Shown here piece by piece: positions 1 through 14,344 of a stretch of 64,000 nucleotides of DNA. Source of the stretch: Eledone cirrhosa. Taxonomy: Eukaryota. Each line of letters opens with the position of its first letter. Within the stretch, counting starts at the first letter, position 1. The stretch is from contig OZ024749.1 in NCBI GenBank assembly GCA_964016885.1, forward strand, positions 15,066,001 through 15,130,000, in the 5' to 3' direction. Both the position numbers and the translations under genes were made by a program. Below the pieces are notes generated by a model, which searched no databases, was not told the DNA's origin, and worked only from the letters and a program-made list of their open reading frames with translations.

Positions 1-699
1 AATTTGATATTATGCGAAAATACAATAGTATATAGAGAATAATGCAAATGCTAAAGGGTTAAAGAAAGTACCAGCCTAGTGCTGGTGTAAGCTTTTTTCT
101 CCTTCCAGCAGTAACATTCTGGATGTTCTGCAGGGGTCTACAGAGTCTGTGTCTGTGCAAGCCCATTTTAATGTTCATCTTTCGGGGTCAATAAAGTACC
201 AGCCTAGTGTTGGTGAACCCTTTCTTTCCTTCCCATTGTCATATCCTGCAGGGAAGATAGAATGTCTGTATTTGCTGAAGCAACCCTTTAACATTTAAAC
301 TGGCCATATCAGGCCAAAATTCTCTCACCTCTTTCTTTCTGTTCAAACCGGCTATAACCGGCTGCTTATACTTATGTTAAGGTATTGTTCTCAAAATAAA
401 TATCAAAATCTCATAGATTCAATATTATGTGAGATAAAGTGTTTACTTTGAAAACACAAAAGTAAATAAAGAGTAATGTAAATGCTAAAGGGTCAATGTC
501 CATCTTTCTGGGTTAATAAAGATAGCATCAGCCTAGTGCTGGTGTAACCCTTTCTCTCCTTCCAGCTATCACATTCTGGATGTTCTGCAGGGGTCAACAG
601 ATTGTCTGCTGAGGTCCACTTTAACTTCCATCCTTTCAAGAGTCAATAAAAAAAGTACCAGTCCAATGTTGGTGTAACCCTTTCTCTACTTCTTATCAC

Positions 700-1003
700 A
701 GCACAGTTCCCATGACTTTCAGAAACATTTTTTCACGCTCAGAGTTGCTGAAGCATGGAACAAACTACCTGCATCAGTTGTTAGCTGTCGAGACACTGCA
801 TCCTTTAAAACCTCCATGCTTCCTGAGATTCGCCAACACTACACCTAATATTCCCCGCCATACATATACACACATGTATATCATGACTCATACACTATTC
901 ACTTCCCTGACATTAGTACATTATTCTATGTACTATACATACACCTTTGACGAGTTGTAGTGCACCTGAGCACTTTACACAATAATTTCATTATTATTAT
1001 TAT
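700..1003 (+). mobile_element. CR1-type LINE 3' fragment
   Basis: Reads HSSHDFQKHFFTLRVAEAWNKLPASVV; (ATT)n tail; sister copy at 26339-26735. Confidence 0.75.
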
Positions 1004-1368
1004 CCTGGATATGCTGCAGGGGTCAGCAGAGCATCTGTGTCTGTGGAAGCCCACTTTAACTTCCAGGTGTTACATCTTGGATGGTCTGTGAGGAAGAGGG
1101 GGTGTCCAGAGAATGTCTGTGTCTTTCATGCTTTTGAAGGTCACTAAAGCAAGTGCTAGTCCACACTGGTTCTACAGCCTCTCTTTCTATACAACTGTCA
1201 CATCCTAGTTGTTCTGGTGGATCAAGGGAAGGAGCAAGAGTCATGAGGGCGTCCACAAAGGCACCTGCAGCTCTGTACAAAACACTGGTAGATCTTAGCA
1301 AGTCATATTATCAATGGCCACCGTAGCTACTAGTTTAACTATTTGTGGCCAATAGGAATTCTTTTTAG

Positions 1369-2997
1369 GGGATGTTGGTGGTACCCTCTCAGGGAATGTT
1401 GGTGGTACCCTCTCAGGGAATGTTGGTGGTACCCTCTCAAGGAATGTTGGTGGTACCCTCTCAGGGAATGTTGGTGGTACCCTCTCAGGGGATGTTGGTC
1501 GTACCCTTTCAGGGAATGTTGGTGGTACCCTCTCAGGGAATGTTGGTGGTACCCTCTCAGGGAATGTTGGTGGTACCCTCTCAGGGAATGTTGGTGGTAC
1601 CCTCTCAGGGGAATGTTGGTGGTACCCTCTCAGGGAATGTTGGTGGTACCCTCTCAGGGAATGTTGGTGGTACCCTCTCAGGGAATGTTGGTGGTACCCT
1701 CTCAGGGAATGTTGGTGGTACCCTCTCAGGGGAATGTTGGTGGTACCCTCTCAGGGAATGTTGGTGGTACCCTCTCAGGGAATGTTGGTGGTACCCTCTC
1801 AGGGGAATGTTGGTGGTACCCTCTCAGGGAATGTTGGTGGTACCCTCTCAGGGAATGTTGGTGGTACCCTCTCAGGGAATGTTGGTGGTACCCTCTCAAG
1901 GAATGTTGGTGGTACCCTCTCAGGGAATGTTGGTGGTACCCTCTCAGGGAATGTTGGTGGTACCCTCTCAAGGAATGTTGGTGGTACCCTCTCAGGGGAT
2001 GTTGGTGGTACCCTCTCAGGGGAATGTTGGTGGTACCCTCTCAAGGAATGTTGGTGGTACCCTCTCAGGGAATGTTGGTGGTACCCTCTCAGGGAATGTT
2101 GGTGGTACCCTCTCAAGGAATGTTGGTGGTACCCTCTCAGGGAATGTTGGTGGTACCCTCTCAGGGAATGTTGGTGGTACCCTCTCAGGGGAATGTTGGT
2201 GGTACCCTCTCAAGGAATGTTGGTGGTACCCTCTCAGGGAATGTTGGTGGTACCCTCTCAGGGAATGTTGGTGGTACCCTCTCAGGGGAATGTTGGTGGT
2301 ACCCTCTCAAGGAATGTTGGTGGTACCCTCTCAGGGGAATGTTGGTGGTACCCTCTCAAGGAATGTTGGTGGTACCCTCTCAGGGGAATGTTGGTGGTAC
2401 CCTCTCAAGGAATTTTGGTGGTACCCTCTCAGGGAATGTTGGTGGTACCCTCTCAGGGGAATGTTGGTGGTACCCTCTCAAGGAATGTTGGTGGTACCCT
2501 CTCAAGGAATGTTGGTGGTACCCTCTCAGGGAATGTTGGTGGTACCCTCTCAGGGAATGTTGGTGGTACACTCTCAGGGAATGTTGGTGGTACCCTCTCA
2601 GGGAATGTTGGTGGTACCCTCTCAGGGAATGTTGGTGGTACCCTCTCAGGGAATGTTGGTGGTACCCTCTCAGGGGATGTTGGTGGTACCCTCTCAGGGG
2701 ATGTTGGTGGTACCCTCTCAGGGGATGTTGGTGGTACCCTCTCAAGGAATGTTGGTGGTACCCTCTCAGGGGATGTTGGTGGTACCCTCTCAGGGGATGT
2801 TGGTGGTACCCTCTCAGGGGATGTTGGTGGTACCCTCTCAGGGAATGTTGGTGGTACCCTCTCAGGGAATGTTGGTGGTACCCTCTCAGGGGATGTTGGT
2901 GGTACCCTCTCAGGGAATGTTGGTGGTACCCTCTCAGGGAATGTTGGTGGTACCCTCTCAGGGAATGTTGGTGGTACCCTCTCAGGGAATGTTGGTG
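1369..2997. repeat. 24-bp minisatellite GGAATGTTGGTGGTACCCTCTCAG, ~67 copies
   Basis: Direct inspection; some 25-bp variants. Confidence 0.98.
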
Positions 2998-4313
2998 AGG
3001 GTGGGGCAGAACAAAACATTCAAGGTATTAATCATACATACACAATATATACACACACATACATACACACATAATACAATAGATACATACACGAAAATGT
3101 ATATACACACATAAAATACAATAGATACATACATACACAATATACATACACACATAATACAATAGATACATTCACACAATGTATATACACACACATAAAT
3201 ACACATACATATACAGACAGACATAATTACAAATATGCACATAAATACACACCCATACACACACATACACATATGTATACACATATATATATACACACAC
3301 ACACACATATATATATACAGATATATACACACATATAATTATATATACATATATATACACATATATACACATTATATATATATATACACACACACATATA
3401 TATACATATATATACACACATATACACATACATACTACACACACACACACACACATATATATATACACATACATATATATATACACACACACATATATAT
3501 ATACATATACATATATATATACACACATATATATATATTTATACATATATATATACACATACATACACATATATACACACCCACATATATATATATACAC
3601 ACAAACAATACGTTAAGGTAACAATTAAAGTAAATAGGAAATAACATTTAAAATGAGTCAGAAGTAGAAAAACAACTAAAAATGAAATATAAGACTGACA
3701 GACTACTCTCTCAATAACCCACAATAGCAAGGGTGAGTGTATATATATATATATATACTCACCAACAGAATTAGGGATTATTAGAAGGGGGCTTGGTGTT
3801 TCTCTCCAAAAAAACCCATCGATAGAATTAGGGACCGCTACATAGGGGGAGGGGGCGTTCTCACAAAACACCCACCACAAGAGGGGATGGTGGTGATTTT
3901 CACCCCCCACCCCCCGCCCCAACAGTATTAGGGACCACCACAAGGCGAATGGTCGTGTTTGTCTTCCAAATCCCACAACAGAATTAGGGTCCACTACAAG
4001 GGGAATGGTGGTGTTTCTCTCCCAAATCCCCCAACAGAATTAAGGTCCACTACAAGGGAGTGGGGATGTTTCTCTCCCAAAACACCCAACAGAATTAGAG
4101 TCCACTACAATGGGGGGGGGGTCACACAGAGAGGAGAAGGAGGAGGCGAGAGAGAGCAGGTGAGAGAAAAAGAGAGCGGGCAAGAAAGAGAGAGAGAGAC
4201 AAAAAAAAAAGCGAGGCGTTGTTGGTAAACAAACCAGAGCCAGGTATAAGGGAGGTAATTCAACTTGTCAAACAGCGTACGCTCACACATATATAACATA
4301 CACGTGTATGTGC

Positions 4314-4352
<39 letters not shown>

Positions 4353-4539
4353 GCACATATACGCACACAACATACGCACACACGACGATATACACACACA
4401 CACACACATATATATAAATATAAATTCAGCGAGAATCGTATTTCCGCTGGTAGAAAAAGATATAGATATATAGATATATATATATATATATATATACGTA
4501 TGTATATATATATGTATGTATATATATATGTATATATAT

Positions 4540-4815
<276 letters not shown>

Positions 4816-4846
4816 ATATGTATGTATATATATATATATATGTATG

Positions 4847-4879
<33 letters not shown>

Positions 4880-4893
4880 GTATGTATATATAT

Positions 4894-4931
<38 letters not shown>

Positions 4932-5107
4932 GTATATAACCAAAGTTTATATGGTTCGTTGATAATTCAACGAACCATATATATATATACATTATATATA
5001 TATATATATCCCGCCGAGGTTAACTTTGCCTTTCATCCTTACGGGGTCGATAAAATAAAGTACCAGTAATACACTGGTTAATTGCTGGCCTCGTGCCAAA
5101 AGTAGAA

Positions 5108-5138
<31 letters not shown>

Positions 5139-5507
5139 TTCTAATCTATTGTAAAATTGTCTTGCTCATGCAGGAACTGATATAATATATGTATATATAT
5201 ACAACTACCCAAGGAAAATTCAACTGATAAGGTATGATTTCCTTAGCTATGTCAAAATTTATAAAACACTCTTTTGGTACCCTTGAAATATATATAATAG
5301 AATAAATATGGTTTTATAAATATAGTATCCATTTATTTAATATCATTGTATATTTACTCCAGAAATCTATCGAGTGCTTCGAATCCAGTTATAAACATTT
5401 ATATTTGTTGAATTTCCAACAAATTAAATATCCCTTCTGCTTATATATATGTATATATATATTAAAATATAAGTATTAATAAAATAGATGTTCTTTTGAG
5501 CAATTAC

Positions 5508-5560
5508 ATTTTATTATACATATTTCGGATGTACAACAGTACGTCCTCATCAGACAAAAT
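5508..5560 (-). ncRNA. Minimal type I hammerhead ribozyme (left arm of palindrome)
   Basis: Reverse complement of the 5692-5744 motif. Confidence 0.75.
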
Positions 5561-5691
5561 ATAAGGATACATGACATACCCTGAGATGTTAAATGGTTAA
5601 GATTTAATCAAGGTAGTACTACCTTGATTAAATCTTAACCTTGATTAAATCTTAACCATTTAACATCTCAGGGTATGTCATGTATCATTAT

Positions 5692-5744
5692 ATTTTGTCT
5701 GATGAGGACGTACTGTTGTACATCCGAAATATGTATAATAAAAT
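5692..5744 (+). ncRNA. Minimal type I hammerhead ribozyme (right arm of palindrome)
   Basis: attttgt-CTGATGA-ggacgtac tgtt gtacatcc-GAAA-t atgt ATA-ataaaat; stems I and II pair; AUA triplet at 5735-5737. Confidence 0.75.
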
Positions 5745-5926
5745 GTAATTGATCAAAAGAACATTTATTTTATTAATACTTATATTTTAATATTAATAAC
5801 TCCTGAAAAATATTATACTATTGAGTGCTTCCAATCTACTGTAAAACTCATTCTTTGACATAATCATTGAATATTGTTTAACACTTTAATATGTATATAT
5901 ATATATATGTTTATATATGTATATAT

Positions 5927-8900
5927 GTCCCATCAACCACACCCCTCCCTGCACCCCACCCACCAAACGCAATCCAAAACTTCAGAGTTGGTACCATGAA
6001 TGTAGGGACCTTAAAAGGCCGCTCAAACGAGGTTGTAGAAATGCTTGAACGTAAGGAGGTCGATGTCTGCTGCATCCAAGAGACCAGGTGGAGGGGCGGG
6101 TCTGATAGATTCATTGTGGGTAAAAAACGATGCTATAAGCTTTTCTGGGTGGGAAATGACAATGGGCTGGGTGGAGTAGGAATCATGGTAGCAGAAAAGT
6201 GGGCAGATAAGATAATAGACGTAAATAGAGTGAATGACAGAATAATTAAAATAAGACTTGTTCTAAATAGAACTACTGTGACGATAATATCTGCGTACGC
6301 GCCCCAATCCGGACTGCCTGGCGCTATAAAAGACACTTTCTATGAGACACTGATGCTCACTACCTCCCAAATAACCGACAGTGACTATATAATTATTGCT
6401 GGCGACCTAAATGGTCACGTTGGACAACATTGTGATGGCTATGATGAAATCCATGGAGGCTATGGGTTTGGTACTAGAAATGAGGAAGGCTCCAGAATCC
6501 TGGAATTCTGTGATGCAAATAACCTAACTATCTGTAACACTAACTTCAAAAAACGAGACAATCACTTGATCACCTACAGATCAGGGGAACATACCAGCCA
6601 GGTAGATTATATCCTTACCAGAAGACGTGACAGAGTGACTGTTGTAAACACTAAATCCCTCCCCCATGAAGAATGCACCTCCCAACATAGACTGATAATT
6701 AGCGACCTCATAGTCAGGACGAGACGTACTCGACAGCAGAAGAGGACTATCCTCAGGAGAAAAGTATGGAAGCTAAAGGACCCCACAGCCAGAAATAAAT
6801 TTCAAAGCATATTACTTGACGCTTTCGACAGTAAGGAAGAGCATTTAGAGTCGGACAATATAGAGGGACAGTGGGAATTCCTGAAAGCAAACCTGCTGAT
6901 GGCGGCAGACGAAGTCTGTGGCCGGAGCAGGCCTATAGGCAGGAGGAGAGTAACGTGGTGGTGGAACAGTAAGGTGGAGGAGTCGATTAAGGCCAAAAAG
7001 CAGGCTTGGAAAATATGGTGGGATGGGGGAAGTAGAGAAGACTATCAAGTGGCCAGGAGGGAAGCTAGGAGACAAGTGTACTTTGCAAGAAGGGAAGCAG
7101 AGGAAAGAAAGTTCAAGCATGTTCTACAACGCGAGGACCAAAAACGTGAGGTGTTCAGGATTGCTAGGCAATGTGTCAAGGAAAACCGTGATATTGTTGG
7201 GGAGAAGTGTGTACTAAATGATGATGGCGTACTCGCCATCACTGACGCTGATAAGAAGGTCGCTTGGAAGTGTCACTACGAGAGGCTACTAAATGAGGAG
7301 AATAAATGGGAGAAGGATAGTCTCCCCCAGATCGATCCAATAGAGGGACCAGCAGTGTTAGTTGAAGGTAGTATAATAAGTAAGGCGATCAAAGATATGA
7401 AGACGGGTAAGGCGGCTGGGCCTTCGGAAATAGTCGCTGAGATGCTGAAGGCCTCTGGAACAGTGGGACACACCATGGTCACCCGGATAGTAAACCAAGT
7501 CATACAGAATGGGGTTGTTCCGAAGGACTGGCGTAGCAGCATCATCATTAACTGTTACAAGGGTAAAGGAGACGCCCTAGATAGGAGTAACTATAGAGGG
7601 ATTAAATTAATCGACCAGGTCATGAAGGTCACGGAAAAAGTAATAGTGCAACTAATCAGAGAGAGAATCGATCTAGATGAAATGCAGTTCGGGTTTGTGT
7701 CAGGCAAAAGTAACACAGACGCTCTTTTCATTGTACGACAACTACAGGAGAAGTACCTAGCTAAAAGTAAACCTCTATACTTAGCCTTTGTCGACTTGGA
7801 GAAAGCCTTTGACAGAGTCCCCCGTTCCATTATCTGGTGGGCTCTTAGAAAACTAGGTGTTGACGAATGGCTTGCGAGAGCTATATAAGCCATGTATAAA
7901 GAAACAGTCAGCAAGGTTAGAATTAACAACGAATATAGTGAAGAGTTTAGCGTAAAAGTTGGTGTCCATCAGGGCTCTGTTCTTAGCCCCCTACTATTCA
8001 TTATTGCTCTTCAGGCTATAACAGAGGAGTTCAAGACCGGCTGCCCATGGGAACTCCTATACGCAGATGACCTAACGCTCATAGCTGAATCAATGGCCGA
8101 ACTAGAGAAGAAATTCCAAACGTGGAAGCACGGCCTAGAATCAAAAGGCCTTAAAATTAACATGGCTAAGACTAAAGTTCTAGTTTGTAGGAAAGAAAAT
8201 AAGGCCCCGGTCCCTTCCGGGAAATGGCCATGCTCAGTGTGTAGGAAAGGCGTAGGTAGAAACTCCATTTTATGTCCCAAATGCAAAGTATGGGTGCATA
8301 AAAGATGTAGTGGGATCACAGGTAAGCTAACTAAGAACACAGATTTTACATGTGGCCGGTGCTCTGGTGCAATAAGTAGCAGCAAGTGCCCACAAAATAC
8401 TAGCTCCTTCAACTGCGCAGAGGGTTCTATAGAAATAGTGGACAGCTTCCGTTACCTGGGTGACAAAATCAGCAGTGGGGGAGGGTGCTCCGAAAGTACA
8501 GTAGCTAGAGTCAGAACTGGATGGAAAAAGTTCAGAGAGCTTATACCACTATTAGCCGCTAAAGGGTTCTCCCTAAAAGTGAAAGGCAGGTTGTATGATG
8601 CCTGCATACGAACAGCAATGTTGCATGGCAGTGAGACCTGGGCATTGTGTGCAGAGGATATACGCAGACTAGAGAGGAACGAAGCTTGCATGCTCCGCTG
8701 GATGTGTAATAGTAATATACGCGAACGGCAAAGCATAAACGAACTAAGGAAAAAATTAGAAATAAGAGGGATCAGATGTTGTTTACTCGAGAGAAGGCTA
8801 CATTGGTATGGTCACGTGATGCGCATGAAAGACGACAGCTGTATAACAAAGTGCAGGGGAATAAAGATAGATGGTAGCCACGGAGTAGGCAGACCCAGAA

Positions 8901-9518
8901 AAACCTGGGACGAGCTGATAAATTCCGACCTCACACACTTACACGTCTCCAAGACAATGTCACTGGACCGAGACCTTTGGCGGTACTCAGTAACAGAGAA
9001 GACCCGCGTTACCTAAATACAAAGTAAAACCTACTACAGTCAGTAGGCATCTCTAACAAAATACACCACCGTCCCCCCACCCCATCCACACCGCCCCTTT
9101 CAATGTAAAGTTATGTTGGTGCCACAAAATCCAGGCCGAAACAAATGAGATCGTGTAGGTGTCACGAAAAAAAAAAACACACATTCCACGCTGTAATGTG
9201 ACCGTGTAGTCAACATGGTAAAAACGTCCCAGTCCCACACTGTAAATGTGGTTGGTGTTAGGAAGGGCATCCAGCTGTAGAAAACCTGCCAGACAGTCCA
9301 CGCTGTAATGTGGCCGTGTAGGCAACACGGTAAAAACCTCCCAGCCCCACACTGTAAATGTGGTTGGTGTTAGGAAGGGCATCCAACTGTAGAAAACCCG
9401 CCAGACAGTCCTATGCGAGCAAGACAACCACTCTTGCCTCAAGTGGGAAAACTCCCGTCCAAACCCATGCAAGCATGGAACACGGACGTTAAACGATGAT
9501 GATGATGATGATGATGAT
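5927..9518 (+). mobile_element. RTE-clade non-LTR retrotransposon, nearly full length, inserted in (TA)n
   Basis: APE endonuclease (GTMNVGTL, CIQETRW, AGDLNGHVG, QVDYIL, SQHRLI) and RT (QFGF, FVDLEKAFDRV, GVHQGSVLSP, YADD at 8060-8071). RTE-type C-terminus (WYGHVMRM...GRPRKTW), 3'UTR with ~90-bp repeats and a (GAT)n tail. Confidence 0.95.
5930..9016 (+). pseudogene. RTE ORF (APE-RT-PHD finger) broken by a single in-frame TAA at 7886-7888
   Basis: ORFs 5891..7888 and 7892..9016 are in the same frame and join as ...LARAI*AMYK... Confidence 0.9.
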
Positions 9519-9548
9519 ATGTATATATGTGTATATATATGTATATGT

Positions 9549-9580
<32 letters not shown>

Positions 9581-10176
9581 GTATATATATTATTGTATAT
9601 AATCAAAGTTTATATGGTTCGTTGATAATTCAACGAACCATATAAATTTTGGTTATTTCTCCTTTGAGCACATTATTTACCGGGAATGGCGAGGGTCTAT
9701 GGCTCCGTTAATTTATCGTGATATTTCGCTCCTTATAACAGTCTTTCCTATCTCTCTGTTTGGTTGAGCACACTTATCTGAGTGGTTTTGGGCTGCACTT
9801 TCTAGCAGCTCGTCCCTCAGAGGCCACTGGTCCACTGCCCCTAAACATGCTGTGACTTCTCTCTCCCACGTGTAGCTGGACAGTCACTTTTAAAATTCTC
9901 TTAGTGTTGTCTAAAATGTATAGCCTTACACACGCTGATGAACCGAGACTAGACCATTTCTTTCAACAACTTACTGGCGAAATAGATCTCTTTGGATATA
10001 GTGATAGAGGTATTTATTTACGCTTTAATTTATATTTTTAATTATCGTGTCTATAGTCTGCCTTTCATAGGTTATAGATTCCATACACTGGTGATTTTTT
10101 CCCTGTTTTATTGATAGCGCACTGTATATCTCTCTCTAGTGTGTTACCTTTTCAAAATATTGTATTTTATATACGT

Positions 10177-10227
<51 letters not shown>

Positions 10228-10389
10228 TATATTTAGGTTTGTTGGTTTACCACTGGATAGAACTGGTTATTCCGTATGGTCAACCTCGATGTAATATTAT
10301 GGAGAGCACTCAACGTAATGCAAAGCACCCGTCTTCGTTTGTGTAGTTGGTGGTGCGACTTACACCAGTCCAGCCTCCTGTTATTTTAT

Positions 10390-10421
<32 letters not shown>

Positions 10422-10652
10422 CATATACATATATACATATACATATATATATATACATATACATATATATATATACATATATATACACATATATATATAT
10501 ATATACACATATATATACACATATATAGATATATATACACATATATATATATATATATACACATATATAGATATATATATACACATATATATATATACAC
10601 ATATATATATATATACACACATATATATATATACACATATATATATATACAC

Positions 10653-10692
<40 letters not shown>

Positions 10693-11266
10693 ATATATAT
10701 ATATACACATATATATATATATATACACATATATATATATATACACATATATATATATATACACATATATATATATATACACACATATATATATATATAC
10801 ACACATATATATATACATATATATATATATACACATATATATATATAGACACATATATATATATACACATATATATATACACATATATATATATACACAT
10901 ATATATATACACACATATATATATATACATATATATATATACATATATATATATACATATATATATATACATATATATATATACACATATATATATACAC
11001 ATATATATATACACATATATATATATATATACACATATATATACACACATATATATATACACATATATATATACACACATATATATACACACATATATAT
11101 ACATATATATATATACACACATATATATACATATATATATATATATACACATATATATATACACATATATATATACACATATATATATACACATATATAT
11201 ATATATACATATATATATACATATATGTATACATATATGTATACATACATATATATATATACATAC

Positions 11267-11297
<31 letters not shown>

Positions 11298-11310
11298 CAT
11301 ATATATATAC

Positions 11311-11791
11311 ATATCTCTAACAAAATACCCCCCCCCCCACCCCACCCCCACCCCATCCACACCACCCCTTTCAATGTAAAGTTATGTTGGTGCCACAACA
11401 TCCAGGCCGAAACAAATAAGATCGTGTAGTGTCACGTCAAAAAACACACAGTCCACGCTGTAATGTGTCCGTGTAGGCAACACGGTGAAAACCTCCCAGC
11501 CCCACACTGTAAATGTGATTGGTGTTAGGAAGGGCATCCAGCTGTAGAAAACCCGCCAGACAGTCCACACTGTATTGTGGCCGTGTAGGCAACACAGTAA
11601 AAACCTCCCAGCCCCACACTGTAAATGTGGTTGGTGTTAGGAAGGGCATCCAACTGTAGAAAACCCGCCAGACAGTCCTATGCGAGCAAGACAACCACTC
11701 TTGCCTCAAGTGGGAAAACCCCCGTCCAAACCCATGCAAGCGTGGAACACGGACGTTAAACGTTGATGATGATGATGATGATGATGATGAT
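11311..11791 (+). mobile_element. 5'-truncated RTE 3'UTR copy
   Basis: Matches 9049-9518, with (GAT)n tail. Confidence 0.9.
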
Positions 11792-11813
11792 ATACATATA
11801 CATATATATATAC

Positions 11814-11848
<35 letters not shown>

Positions 11849-12141
11849 CATATATATATACATATACATATATATATACATATACATATACATATATACA
11901 TATACATATATATATACATATATATATACATATACATATACATATATACATATACATATATATATATATACATATATATATACATATATATATACATATA
12001 TATATATATATACATATATATATACATATATATATATACATATATATATATACATATACATATATACATATATATATACATATACATATATACATATATA
12101 TACATATATATATATACATATACATATATATATACATATAC

Positions 12142-12269
<128 letters not shown>

Positions 12270-12579
12270 ATATACATATATATATATATACATATACATA
12301 TATATATATACATATATATATACACATATACATATATATATATATACATATATATATACACATATACATATATATATATATACATATATATATATACATA
12401 TACATATACATATATACATATACATATATATATATACATATACATATATACATATATATATATACAGATACATATATATATACATATACATATATATATA
12501 CATATACATATATATATATATATACATATATATATACATATATATATACGTATATATACATACATATATATATATATAC

Positions 12580-12656
<77 letters not shown>

Positions 12657-12896
12657 CATATATATATATATATACATATATATATACATAGTATTAAGGG
12701 TACTATTTATGGTTATGTATGTAATAAAACCTTTAATGGTAATATATTATATATACAAACCTTAAATAGTGAAAGATAGTCATTAATTACTATCCTATTA
12801 CCAGTAAGATAAATAGCTCAATGTAATAACATCAGTTGTTTTACAGAGCAGTTATATAGAGATTACAATAATCAAAGTTCAGTTTAAGTCATTTAT

Positions 12897-12945
12897 TTGC
12901 TTACAATTGTTTCCTCCAAACCAAGGTTTGGATTCTTCGGAGCAA
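12897..12945 (-). ncRNA. Hammerhead-like motif, mirror copy of 13333-13381
   Basis: Reverse complement with the same CCGAAGA core. Confidence 0.55.
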
Positions 12946-13332
12946 CTATTTATAACATACTTGACCTCCTTTTCAACCCAAGAGACACATAAAACATATG
13001 CGCATATTGATCAACAGTGGGGTGACACTCATCAAATGATATAGTATGGCAATTTACATGTAAAGGTTACAGAATAAAAATAAAAATAAAAATAAAAGCA
13101 AGAATGAAAATAAAGATAAACATGAAGCGTTGGCAGTCTACGCTTCACGTTTATCTTTATTTTCATTCTTGCTTTTATTTTTATTTTTATTTTTATCCTG
13201 TAACCTTTACATGTAAATTGCCATGCTATATCATTTGATGAGTGTCACCCCACTGTTGATCAATATGCGCATATGTTTTATGTGTCTCTTGGGTTTAAAA
13301 GGAGGTCAAGTATGTTATAGATCAGTAAATAG

Positions 13333-13381
13333 TTGCTCCGAAGAATCCAAACCTCGGTTTGGAGGAAACAATTGTAAGCAA
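13333..13381 (+). ncRNA. Hammerhead-like motif with variant core CCGAAGA
   Basis: ttgct-CCGAAGA-a tccaaacc tc ggtttgga g-GAAA-c aatt GTA-agcaa; stem III region CAATTG is palindromic. Confidence 0.55.
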
Positions 13382-13447
13382 ATAAATGACTTAAACTGAA
13401 CTTTGATTATTGTAATCTCTATATATATATGTATATATATATGTATA

Positions 13448-13556
<109 letters not shown>

Positions 13557-13788
13557 GTATATATATGTATATATGTATATACATATATATATATATATAT
13601 GTATATATGTATATACATATATATATATATATAAATATATATATACATATATATACATATATAAATATATATATACATATATATATATATATAAATATAT
13701 ATATACATATATATACATATATAAATATATATATACATATATATACATATATAAATATATATATACATATATATACATATATATTTAC

Positions 13789-13871
<83 letters not shown>

Positions 13872-13884
13872 CATATATATATAC

Positions 13885-13976
<92 letters not shown>

Positions 13977-13993
13977 ATATATATATACATATA

Positions 13994-14031
<38 letters not shown>

Positions 14032-14208
14032 CATATATACATATATATACATATATATACATATATACATATATATACATATATATATATATATACATAT
14101 ATATACATATATACATATATATATATATACACATATATATATATATATACATATATATATACATATATAGATATACATATATATATATATATATACATAC
14201 ATATATAT

Positions 14209-14241
<33 letters not shown>

Positions 14242-14344
14242 TATATATATACATATATACATATATATACATATATATACATATATACAGATTCAAAATA
14301 AATTAAAGCAAATCGAAATTGCTTTTAAATTAATCAATAAACAT

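Larger units (their letters stand above)
5461..5791. repeat. Long fold-back palindrome (~157-bp arms, no spacer)
   Basis: Centre ggtagt|actacc at 5617/5618; 17-bp duplication ttgattaaatcttaacc in the right arm. Confidence 0.95.
12853..13425. repeat. Long fold-back palindrome (~280-bp arms)
   Basis: gagattacaataatcaaagttcag ... ctgaactttgattattgtaatctc; centre near 13135. Confidence 0.95.

Noticed and set aside
1056-1301. 81-aa minus-strand ORF as a possible next FNDC3 exon
   Set aside because: No similarity to the expected continuation (PA.V.M.S..G..PP..VPPG)
1343-3114. Long ORFs (551, 580, 446 aa) with CWWYPLRE/MLVVPSQG repeats; CRISPR-like appearance
   Set aside because: Stop-free translation of a 24-bp minisatellite; no unique spacers and no cas genes
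9930-9995. CTGATGA...GAAA at 9936-9982
   Set aside because: Could not form convincing stems I and II
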